From positions 36,367 through 100,366 of the forward strand of contig JAHFHF010000003.1 in NCBI GenBank assembly GCA_023247055.1: 64,000 bases of DNA, written 5' to 3'. Positions 1-7,783 of the stretch are shown here, in pieces. Below the pieces are notes generated by a model. The model was not told the origin of the DNA. It worked only from the letters and a program-made list of their open reading frames with translations, and did no database searches. The DNA comes from Candidatus Omnitrophota bacterium (GTDB taxonomy: Bacteria > Omnitrophota > Omnitrophia > Omnitrophales > Aquincolibacteriaceae). Positions within the stretch are counted from its first letter, which is position 1, and every line of letters begins with the position of its first letter. Position numbers and translations under genes: made by a program.

Positions 1-323
1 AAAATACAGTGATCGGTGTTTTTAATTGCTATACCGCCGAGGCGCATGAATTCAGCGAGGAAGAGATCCAGGTGCTTGGCGCAGTCGCCAATCAAGCGGC
101 GATGGCCATTGAAAATACGCAGCTGCTGGCGGATAAAATCGCAGCCGTCGAAGCCCTGGAGGCGCGCAAGCGGGTAGAGAAGGCCAAAGGCATTTTAATG
201 AAACGTCATCATATTAGTGAACCCGAGGCTTACCGGCTGCTTCAAAAACAAAGCATGGATAAGCGGCGTTCCCTGGGTGAAGTGGCAGAGGCAATTGTCG
301 TTTCGGCGGAAATCGCGCCCTGA
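1..323 (+). CDS. GAF + ANTAR domain RNA antiterminator (5' truncated by window edge)
   Basis: GAF end (IGVFNCY...AVANQAAMAIEN) followed by ANTAR signature RKRVEKAKGILM...EPEAYRLLQKQSMDKRRSLGEVAEAI. Confidence 0.9.
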   Translation, partial: NTVIGVFNCYTAEAHEFSEEEIQVLGAVANQAAMAIENTQLLADKIAAVEALEARKRVEKAKGILMKRHHISEPEAYRLLQKQSMDKRRSLGEVAEAIVVSAEIAP

Positions 324-406
324 CCGAGTGCTAAAATCCGGCAAACCACGAGGGTTTTCCGAGGTTGCAAATAACGCCGCAAAGAAGCCATTGCGGCATA
401 CCGCTT

Positions 407-464
407 GAGCAAAGGCGTTCAAATTGTTGGGCAAAGGCGCTCATAATCCATGGACGCCTTTTTT
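407..464 (+). promoter_or_regulatory. ANTAR dual-hairpin RNA target overlapping an intrinsic terminator
   Basis: GAGC-AAAGGC-GTTC (407-420) and GGGC-AAAGGC-GCTC (429-442), hexaloops with A1/G4; AAAGGCG 433-439 pairs with CGCCTTT 455-461, T-tract to 464. Confidence 0.85.
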
Positions 465-495
465 GTTGGCGCAAAACGTTTGAGAGGAACTTGAT

Positions 496-1914
496 ATGAA
501 TCGAAGAATGAACCCGTTTAACCGTATTTTTGGAGTGACGTTGATGACAACGCAGCTTTTGGCGTTGTTGATACAGCCCAACGCAGGCTGGGCGGCGCAG
601 CAGCCGGAAATTTTAAACAAGCTGGACCGCAAGATCGACCAGACGTTCCGGCCGCGCACGTTTTTTAATTACCGGATTAAAGCCAAAGTCGGCGGCCAAT
701 CGCGTTACCGGTTTGAATACCGTGACACCCTCAACCTGAATGATAGAACCTATGAAGACGACGCCATGAACCTTTTACGCAACCGCCTGAACCTTGATGT
801 GGGGTATTTGTCCGACAGCGGCGCCATACCCGCGCGTTTTTTTATTGAAGGCCAGGAAGCCCACGCGTTTACGGAAAGTGATGTTAACCAGACGAATGTG
901 TTTGTCAACGAAGTTGATTTGCGCCAGCTTTTCGTGGAATTGAAAAGCCCCTGGAAGAAAGCCCCGGTGACGGCCAAAGTCGGCCGCCAGGTTCTATCTT
1001 ATGGCGATGAGCGCTTTGTCGGCGGATTGGAATGGACCAATACGGCGCGAGTTTTTGACGCCATTAAATTGGTGTACACCCCGAATCCGCAGATCCAGTT
1101 GGATGCTTTTGCCTCGAACGTGGTCAAAATCGAAAAAGAAAAATGGGACCAGGCCACCAACAGCGACGATTTTTACGGCTTGTATCTCAGCACCAAGCCG
1201 TTTAAAAAATCGATGGACCAGGTGCTGGACAGCTTTCTTTTCATCCGTCACAACGATGACCGGACGCTTGCGGGCGAAAACAGCAAGCGCGGAGAGCTCA
1301 AAGAGTACACCTTCGGCAACCGTTTCAAAGGCAAAAAACTGGACTGGGATTACGGCACGGAGTATGCGGTCCAGCTCGGCAGCCGTTCCCACGATGAAAT
1401 CCAGGCCTGGGCCTTTCACCAGGAATTGGGCTATACGATTTCTAAACTGCCGTGGACTCCAAGAATCTACGGTGAATACAACCACGCGTCGGGTGACCGC
1501 AATCCTACGGACGGAAAATTCCAGACCTTTGACAATCTTTTTCCGACGAACCATAACAAATACGGGTACATCGATTTGATCTCGCTGAAAAATATCAACG
1601 ATTACATGATCGGGGCCAGCGTGAAGCCCCATACGCGCCTATTTTTTTCCGCGGACTTCCACTGGTTTGTACTCGATGCCAAAGAATCCGCTTGGTTTAA
1701 TGTCGCGGGCGCGGGGGGAACGGTGCGCGCCGCCAACGCCAATGCCGACGAGCATCTTGGCAATGAAATTGATTTGCTGGCCACGTATCAACTGACCGCG
1801 CGTGTGGGACTTTTAGCGGGCTACTCGCATTTTTTTGCCGGCCCTTTTGCCAAAGACACGGGAGCGCACGACGATGCCAACCTTCTCTATCTTCAAACCA
1901 CTGTTAATTTTTAA
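496..1914 (+). CDS. Alginate-export-family outer-membrane beta-barrel (putative nitrate porin)
   Basis: Signal peptide, RYRFEYRD, VGRQVLSYGDERFVG, ASGD..P.DG..QTFDNLFPTNH, C-terminal F. Confidence 0.85.
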   Translation: MNRRMNPFNRIFGVTLMTTQLLALLIQPNAGWAAQQPEILNKLDRKIDQTFRPRTFFNYRIKAKVGGQSRYRFEYRDTLNLNDRTYEDDAMNLLRNRLNLDVGYLSDSGAIPARFFIEGQEAHAFTESDVNQTNVFVNEVDLRQLFVELKSPWKKAPVTAKVGRQVLSYGDERFVGGLEWTNTARVFDAIKLVYTPNPQIQLDAFASNVVKIEKEKWDQATNSDDFYGLYLSTKPFKKSMDQVLDSFLFIRHNDDRTLAGENSKRGELKEYTFGNRFKGKKLDWDYGTEYAVQLGSRSHDEIQAWAFHQELGYTISKLPWTPRIYGEYNHASGDRNPTDGKFQTFDNLFPTNHNKYGYIDLISLKNINDYMIGASVKPHTRLFFSADFHWFVLDAKESAWFNVAGAGGTVRAANANADEHLGNEIDLLATYQLTARVGLLAGYSHFFAGPFAKDTGAHDDANLLYLQTTVNF

Positions 1915-2032
1915 CTTATGCATCGCGGCCCTGATTTTTTTGACGCTTCATCCGCAGCAGCCGGTCGGCAGGCAAGAGCCGGTCAAAAAAGTCAAACCAA
2001 TCACTGTTTTTAAAATTACCGGGCTCGTTTGA
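1874..2032 (+). CDS. Possible 52-aa single-TM small protein overlapping the porin 3' end
   Basis: GGAG at 1861-1864, ATG 1874, hydrophobic LLIFNLCIAALIFLTL then basic tail. Confidence 0.3.
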   Translation: MPTFSIFKPLLIFNLCIAALIFLTLHPQQPVGRQEPVKKVKPITVFKITGLV

Positions 2033-2055
2033 GCCGGAAAGAAAGAGGATAACTT

Positions 2056-3474
2056 ATGAAAATATTTTTTGAGAAAATAAAGAGCTTTTGTCATTGCGAG
2101 TCCCGCGGGCATTTGAAGGGCGAAGCAATCTCGTTTTTGAAAGCGGGATTGCTTCGCTCCCTTCGGTCGCTCGCAATGACGGGCTTTGCTATTTTGATAT
2201 CTACGGCTGTTTTTGCCGCCGAACTGGAAAAAGAAGAGCTTACGCTGGGCATCATCAAGCTGACCGACTGCGCCCCGATCGTCATCGCCAAGGAAAAAGG
2301 CTTTTTTGAAGACGAAGGTCTGTCCGTCAAAGTCGAAGCCCAGGCCAATTGGAAAGTCCTCATGGACCGCGTCATCGACGGCCAGCTAGACGGTTCGCAC
2401 ATGCTGGCAGCCGCGCCGCTAGGGCACACGGACGGTCTTCTGACCAAAGCGCACATTGTTGTTCCGTATGTCATGGCGGAAAACGGCGCCGGAATCTCAG
2501 TCTCGAATGAAGTTTGGGAGCACATGAAACAGAATATTCCTCTGCAGCCTGATGGAAAGCCGGTCCACCCGATCAGCGCAAGCGCGATGAAACCGATGGT
2601 TGAAGAGTTTAAAAATGAAGGCAAACCCTTTAAATTGGCCATGACCTACCCAGTTGGAACGCATAATTACTCCTTTCGCTACTGGCTTGCGGCGGGAGGA
2701 ATTCACCCCGGCTATTATACAGCCACCGACACCAATGGTTTCACCGACGGCGATGTCCAACTTTCAGTGACGCCGCCGCCTCAGATGCCCGCGGTGCTGC
2801 AGTCGGGCACCGTACAAGGCGTCTGCGTCAACGAGCCCTGGCATACGCAGATTTCCACCCGTGGCATCGGCATGCCGGTGACCTCCAGCTATTGGTATCA
2901 CCGTGGGCTTCCCGATAAGGTCTTCGGTGTCACAAAAGAATGGGCGGACAAAAATCCCAACACGCTCAAAGCCGTTGTGCGCGCCCTGATGCGCGCCGGT
3001 AAATGGCTTGATGAAAGCAAAAAGAACCGGCGCGAAGCCAGCATTATTCTTTCCCAGCCGCAGTATGTGGGCGCGGACCCCGAAATTATTGCCCGCATGC
3101 TGATGGGATCGTTCGGCTACGGTGAAGACGATATCCGTGAAGAACCGGATTGGGACGTGTTTAACCGTGATTTTTCAACTTATCCGTATTATTCCGGCGC
3201 CATTTGGTGGCTCACGCAAGTCCGCCGCTGGGGCCAGCTCGAATCAAAGCCCGATGAATGGTACATCGAACTCGCTAAGAAAGTTTACCGCCCCGATCTT
3301 TGGGAAGCGGCTGCCAAAGAATTGGTTGCGGAAGGCAAGATGACCGAAGCCGAAATCCCACAGACCGATGGCTTTAAAGCACTGCCGGCCGAGAATTTTA
3401 TCGACGGCATTGCTTTTGACGGCAAACAGCCAAATGCCTATCTGAAAAAATTTGCGATCGGAAAGAAGGACTAG
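2056..3474 (+). CDS. nrtA: Nitrate ABC transporter substrate-binding protein (NrtA/CmpA family)
   Basis: LGIIKLTDCAPIVIAKEKGFF, THNY..RYWLAAGGIHP, PPPQM; SD before 2056. Confidence 0.92.
   Translation: MKIFFEKIKSFCHCESRGHLKGEAISFLKAGLLRSLRSLAMTGFAILISTAVFAAELEKEELTLGIIKLTDCAPIVIAKEKGFFEDEGLSVKVEAQANWKVLMDRVIDGQLDGSHMLAAAPLGHTDGLLTKAHIVVPYVMAENGAGISVSNEVWEHMKQNIPLQPDGKPVHPISASAMKPMVEEFKNEGKPFKLAMTYPVGTHNYSFRYWLAAGGIHPGYYTATDTNGFTDGDVQLSVTPPPQMPAVLQSGTVQGVCVNEPWHTQISTRGIGMPVTSSYWYHRGLPDKVFGVTKEWADKNPNTLKAVVRALMRAGKWLDESKKNRREASIILSQPQYVGADPEIIARMLMGSFGYGEDDIREEPDWDVFNRDFSTYPYYSGAIWWLTQVRRWGQLESKPDEWYIELAKKVYRPDLWEAAAKELVAEGKMTEAEIPQTDGFKALPAENFIDGIAFDGKQPNAYLKKFAIGKKD
2089..2181. repeat. Family A palindromic element, in frame in the NrtA signal peptide
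   Basis: TGTCATTGCGAG...GAAGCAATC / GATTGCTTCG...CTCGCAATGAC; 93 bp = 31 codons. Confidence 0.85.
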
Positions 3475-3478
3475 AACA

Positions 3479-3897
3479 TGTCATTCTCGCATTTGCGCGG
3501 AGGCAAATACGATCATGCATGTGATTGTTGATCCCATGTCATTCTCGTCATTGTCCCAACGCCGATGCGTTGAGACTATAAACGACTTGAAATTTGAGTT
3601 TTCCCATCATTGCGGGCATAAAGGTTAAAAAGTGTTGCTGTTTTTTAGCGAATGCTGAAGTAATCTCAGATCAAAAACGAGATTGCTTCGCCCTTAAACA
3701 TCACCGGCTCGCAACGACAAAAATAAGTGCAATGGCAGGCCCTATTCGAATCGAATCTATTATTCGAGAAAAGATCATAACGGACGTCACCTTTATTTTG
3801 TCATTGCGGGCAGTGTTCAATTTGAGGCCGAAGCAATCTCGGTTGCTCTTGAGATTGCTCCGCCGCACGCTAAAAAGCAGCACACGCCCGCAATGTC
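3479..3897. repeat. Cluster of degenerate family C (3479-3548) and family A (3605-3720, 3799-3897) elements
   Basis: TGTCATTCTCG; TCATTGCGGG...GAAGCAATCTC...GAGATTGCT...CGCAATG. Confidence 0.75.
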
Positions 3898-3933
3898 GAG
3901 ACAGTGGACAAACATACAACTGAGGAAAATTCT

Positions 3934-4956
3934 ATGACAGAAAAAATAATTGGCGTGATGAGAATAGCCGGTTTTAACGTGTTTGTGCCGGTCATCCGGC
4001 TGATTCAGGGCGAGAACCGCGATGAACAACTGAAACTTTTGTGGCGGACTATCGGCATCCAGGGCGTGACGCTTGGGGTTTTCCTTGGGCTCTGGGCGCT
4101 CATCGCACCGCAGATTAAAACCAACCTGGGCCAGGTGCCAGGCCCGGCCCAGGTTTGGGAGCAGATTCAAAGTCTGAGCCTGGAGTATCGGATGGAAACC
4201 AAAAACCGCAAGGCGTTTGCGGTCACGGAAAAAGCGCGCGTGGAGCAAAAACGCGCGGAAAATCCGGGCCTGGAAGTCAAGATGCGCCGCTACAGCGGCC
4301 GGCCCACGTTCTTGGACCAAATCTTTACCAGTCTGGTCACGGTTTTTACCGGTTTCCTGCTGGCTTCGCTGGTGGCGATTCCGCTCGGCGTGCTTTGCGG
4401 TCTGAACCGGACCCTGATGAGCGCGCTCAATCCGCTGATCCAAGTATTCAAACCGGTCTCACCCGTAGCCTGGCTGCCGATCGTGACCATGGTGGTCAGC
4501 GCCGTTTACACCGTGCCGCAGCCCTGGCTGGAAAAAGCGTTTATCATTTCCGCCATCACCGTTTCGCTTTGCGCGATCTGGCCGAGCCTGATTAATACGG
4601 CGCTGGGCGTGGCGTCTATTGATAAAGACTACATCAATGTCGCGCGGGTTTTAAAACTGAAATTTTCGACCAAGATTTTCAAGATCGTGCTGCCGGCCGC
4701 GCTCCCGTACATTTTTACGGGCTTGCGGATTTCCTTAGGGGTAGGCTGGATGGTACTGATTGCGGCGGAACTTCTTTCGCAAAATCCTGGACTCGGAAAA
4801 TTTGTCTGGGACGAATTTCAAAACGGCAGCAGCCAATCCTTGGCGCGCATCATGGTCGCGATTTTTACCATCGGTCTGATCGGGTTCATTCTCGACCGCA
4901 TCATGGTGACTTTGCACAAATGGGTTAGTTTCGGCCACGGCACTGCCGGGGCTTAA
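3934..4956 (+). CDS. nrtB: Nitrate ABC transporter permease
   Basis: [38 protein letters not shown]; ATG 3934 with GAGG SD. Confidence 0.92.
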   Translation: MTEKIIGVMRIAGFNVFVPVIRLIQGENRDEQLKLLWRTIGIQGVTLGVFLGLWALIAPQIKTNLGQVPGPAQVWEQIQSLSLEYRMETKNRKAFAVTEKARVEQKRAENPGLEVKMRRYSGRPTFLDQIFTSLVTVFTGFLLASLVAIPLGVLCGLNRTLMSALNPLIQVFKPVSPVAWLPIVTMVVSAVYTVPQPWLEKAFIISAITVSLCAIWPSLINTALGVASIDKDYINVARVLKLKFSTKIFKIVLPAALPYIFTGLRISLGVGWMVLIAAELLSQNPGLGKFVWDEFQNGSSQSLARIMVAIFTIGLIGFILDRIMVTLHKWVSFGHGTAGA

Positions 4957-4966
4957 ATCTCGGACA

Positions 4967-5210
4967 TGTCATCCTCGCCTCTGCGTGGAAGCAGAGACTA
5001 GGATGCGCATCTCTGTTGGAGCTGTGTCATCCTCGAATGCTTTTATCGAGGATCTAAAGCATTAGATTCCCGCTAGAAGCATGCGGGAATGACACAACGC
5101 CAACAGCGTTGCGCATGACCGTCTCGGTCTCCGCACAGAGGCGGGAATGACACAACGCCAACAGCGTTGCGCATGACCGTCTCGGTCTCCGCACAGAGGC
5201 GGGAATGACA
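4967..5210. repeat. Family C array: two exact tandem 58-bp units plus 12 bp (5083-5210) and an inverted degenerate copy
   Basis: GCGGGAATGACA recurs at 5083, 5141, 5199 with identical intervening sequence. Confidence 0.9.
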
Positions 5211-5233
5211 AAATACGACAAGGAGAAGGTTTC

Positions 5234-6079
5234 GTGGCATTTCTTGAACTGAAAAATGTTTCAAAGGGGTTCGGCGAAGGCGCGAAGCGCGTATCCGTGC
5301 TCAAAGATATTGATCTTTGTGTGGAAGAAGGCGAGTTTGTGGTCATCCTGGGTTTTTCGGGCACGGGCAAAACGACGCTGATTTCTTTGATCGCCGGACT
5401 GCTTGCGGCCGATCAAGGCGAGATTCTGTTGAAGGGAAAACCGATTGTCGAACCCGGGCCGGACCGGGGCGTGATTTTTCAAAATTATGCACTGCTGCCG
5501 TGGCTGACGGTTTACGGCAACGTCGCGCTGGCGGTCAACTATCTCTTCCGCGATTGGCCGGAAGAAAAACGCCGGCAGCATATCGAAAAATACATTGAGA
5601 TGGTCCATTTGACGCCCGCAACCCTGAAACGCCCTGCTGAACTCTCCGGCGGCATGCGCCAGCGTGTTTCCGTGGCGCGCACGCTCGCCATGAATCCTGA
5701 GATTCTGCTCATGGATGAACCCTTGAGCGCGCTCGATGCGCTGACGCGCGGCACGCTGCAGGGCGAAATCGAAAAAATCTGGGAAGAAAACCGCAAAACG
5801 GTTGTTTTGATCACCAATGATATCGATGAGGCCATTCTTTTGGCCGACCGCATTATTCCGCTCAAGCCGGAAGCCGAAGGCGCTTCGCTGGGCCCGGCCT
5901 TTGACGTGCGCCTGCCGCGGCCCCGTGACAAAGACAATTTCAATCACGATGCAGAATACCGCCGCCTGCGCACTGAAATCACACGTTATTTTTTAGAGTT
6001 GCAGTCTTTGAGGCGCGTCGAACAGACGGCGGAAACGATCGTGCTTCCCGAACTCAAACCCGTTTCATTGGCAGGCTGA
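5234..6079 (+). CDS. nrtC: Nitrate ABC transporter ATP-binding subunit
   Basis: [33 protein letters not shown]. Confidence 0.88.
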   Translation: MAFLELKNVSKGFGEGAKRVSVLKDIDLCVEEGEFVVILGFSGTGKTTLISLIAGLLAADQGEILLKGKPIVEPGPDRGVIFQNYALLPWLTVYGNVALAVNYLFRDWPEEKRRQHIEKYIEMVHLTPATLKRPAELSGGMRQRVSVARTLAMNPEILLMDEPLSALDALTRGTLQGEIEKIWEENRKTVVLITNDIDEAILLADRIIPLKPEAEGASLGPAFDVRLPRPRDKDNFNHDAEYRRLRTEITRYFLELQSLRRVEQTAETIVLPELKPVSLAG

Positions 6080-6080
6080 C

Positions 6081-6920
6081 ATGATCGAAAAACCTTATCT
6101 GCATTTCAGCGGCATTTCAAAAATATTCACCGATCCCAAAGGCGAACCCTATCCGGCGGTGGAGGGCTTTGAGCTGCGTGTGGCCAAAGGAGAATTCGTT
6201 TCGATCATCGGGCATTCCGGCTGCGGGAAATCGACCGTGCTGATGATGACGGCGGGTTTAAGCGAAGTCGTGATCGGCGGCATTTTCTTAGACGACAAAC
6301 TCATCGACGAAGCCGGGCCTGACCGGGCGGTGGTGTTTCAATCTCCGAGCCTGCTGCCATGGCTTTCGGCCTTGGACAATGTGCTTTTAGGCGTCAACCG
6401 GGTTTATCCGCATGCCGCCAAAGAAACGCGGCTGGATCTCTGCAAATATTATTTAAACAAAGTCGGGTTGGGAAAAGACATCCATAAAAAGGCAGCGGAC
6501 CTTTCCAACGGCATGAAACAAAGGGTGGGGATCGCGCGTGCCTTTGCTTTGAAACCCAAACTTCTTCTCTTGGATGAACCTTTCGGCATGCTCGATTCGC
6601 TGACGCGGGCCGACCTGCAGGAAGTCCTTCTCGAGGTCTGGAACACAGAAAAGATTACGGCCCTCATGGTGACACATGATGTCGACGAGGCGATTTTTCT
6701 TTCCGACCGCGTGGTTATGATGACCAGCGGCCCGAGCGCCTGCGTGGGCGATATTCTCCCCATTTCTTTTGCAAGGCCGCGGCATAAGGCCCAAGTCATG
6801 GAACAGACCAGCTATTACCAGTATCGCGAACATTTGATCCGATTTCTCGAAGACGGCAAAGACAAAAAAGCTGCACACGGGATGGTGTCAAGCATTGGGG
6901 ATGGTGCCAGTCACTTTTGA
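6081..6920 (+). CDS. nrtD: Nitrate ABC transporter ATP-binding subunit
   Basis: GHSGCGKST, LSNGMKQRVGIARA, LLLDEPFGMLDSLTR. Confidence 0.88.
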   Translation: MIEKPYLHFSGISKIFTDPKGEPYPAVEGFELRVAKGEFVSIIGHSGCGKSTVLMMTAGLSEVVIGGIFLDDKLIDEAGPDRAVVFQSPSLLPWLSALDNVLLGVNRVYPHAAKETRLDLCKYYLNKVGLGKDIHKKAADLSNGMKQRVGIARAFALKPKLLLLDEPFGMLDSLTRADLQEVLLEVWNTEKITALMVTHDVDEAIFLSDRVVMMTSGPSACVGDILPISFARPRHKAQVMEQTSYYQYREHLIRFLEDGKDKKAAHGMVSSIGDGASHF

Positions 6921-6939
6921 AGCGGTGCCTGGCACCATC
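6900..6939. repeat. Family G inverted repeat spanning the nrtD stop
   Basis: GATGGTGCCAG...CTGGCACCATC containing GGTGCCTGGCACC. Confidence 0.7.
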
Positions 6940-6954
6940 AACAGGAGCATCACG

Positions 6955-7635
6955 ATGAATCCTTTAAGCACCTGGGTTTACTTTTTCTGCGGGCCGTCAT
7001 CCGCAGACCTTTCGCACCAGCTTGAAGCCTGGAGAGGAATCCAGGATCATTACGAGGTTTTAGACGTTGTTCCCGTGTGCGGCGCAACCGCCGCGCCCTT
7101 GAAAATTCAAAGCCCGGTTTTGCGGCTTGAGACGCCTATTGTGCAGCCGCTGTTTTCCGCCGAAGCGCAATGGCTGGGAAATGTGCGCCATTTGCACTAT
7201 ACGCCGTCCGCCGTCCGCGCCGAACTGCAAAAACGGTCCGCTGTGCCGTACCCGCCGTCCGAGAACACAGTGGCGGTTTTGATTCCTATCCGCAAATCCG
7301 CCGGCTGGTGGAACCTGGCGCACGATGAGCGGCAAAAGTATTTTGAAAAAAAACCTGAAAGGCGGAACCATACGGCCATCGGTTATGACTATGCCAGAAA
7401 GATTTACCGTAAACTTTACCACGCGCGTTATTTGGATAAGGCGGCAGCGCCGGATTATGATTTTTTGACGTATTTTGAATTTCAAGCTGAAGACCGGCCG
7501 GTGTTTCAAAAACTGCTGCATGAACTGCGAGACTTGTCCTTAAATCCGGAATGGCAGTTTGTGGATTATGAATTAGAAATCTGGCTGAAGAAAACAGCCG
7601 TCTCAAGCCCCCTCCTTACCGCGAAAACCGCCTAG
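6955..7635 (+). CDS. Chlorite dismutase family heme protein (short, lineage II-like)
   Basis: IPIRKSAGWWNLAHDER, H-x12-R (HTAIGYDYARKIYR), YDFLTYFEF, EWQFV; AGGAG SD before ATG 6955. Confidence 0.75.
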   Translation: MNPLSTWVYFFCGPSSADLSHQLEAWRGIQDHYEVLDVVPVCGATAAPLKIQSPVLRLETPIVQPLFSAEAQWLGNVRHLHYTPSAVRAELQKRSAVPYPPSENTVAVLIPIRKSAGWWNLAHDERQKYFEKKPERRNHTAIGYDYARKIYRKLYHARYLDKAAAPDYDFLTYFEFQAEDRPVFQKLLHELRDLSLNPEWQFVDYELEIWLKKTAVSSPLLTAKTA

Positions 7636-7667
7636 CAATTTCCGCTGTTCTGAAGAATCGCGATAAC

Positions 7668-7683
7668 TGGCATGCTTCCTGCT
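7668..7683 (+). promoter_or_regulatory. Candidate sigma-54 (-24/-12) promoter for nirB
   Basis: TGGCATGCTTCCTGCT = GG-N10-GC, about 100 bp upstream of nirB, followed by AT-rich tract. Confidence 0.55.
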
Positions 7684-7783
7684 TTACTAGCGCGGAAGCT
7701 TTTATTTTTATTACAAAATTGTATTTTTATTACAAAATTCTTTGAAGGATTAAAAAAAATTAAGCTTTCCGGAGGTCTTTGGC

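Noticed and set aside
338-390. c-di-GMP-I riboswitch suggested by GGCAAACC
   Set aside because: Lacks the GAAA tetraloop, GGACGCAAAG segment and P2 stem; the ANTAR leader explains the region.
394-408. Sigma-54 promoter CGGCATACCGCTTGA
   Set aside because: GA instead of the conserved GC, and a start site there would exclude the first ANTAR hairpin.
3594-3923. 109-aa and other short ORFs in repeat-rich gaps (e.g. 5062-5370, 56064-56315)
   Set aside because: They are translations of palindromic elements (VIARS/CHSE/VIPA-like peptides) with no credible starts.
5083-5210. Possible CRISPR array
   Set aside because: The intervening sequences are identical (tandem duplication), there are only two units, and no cas genes are present.
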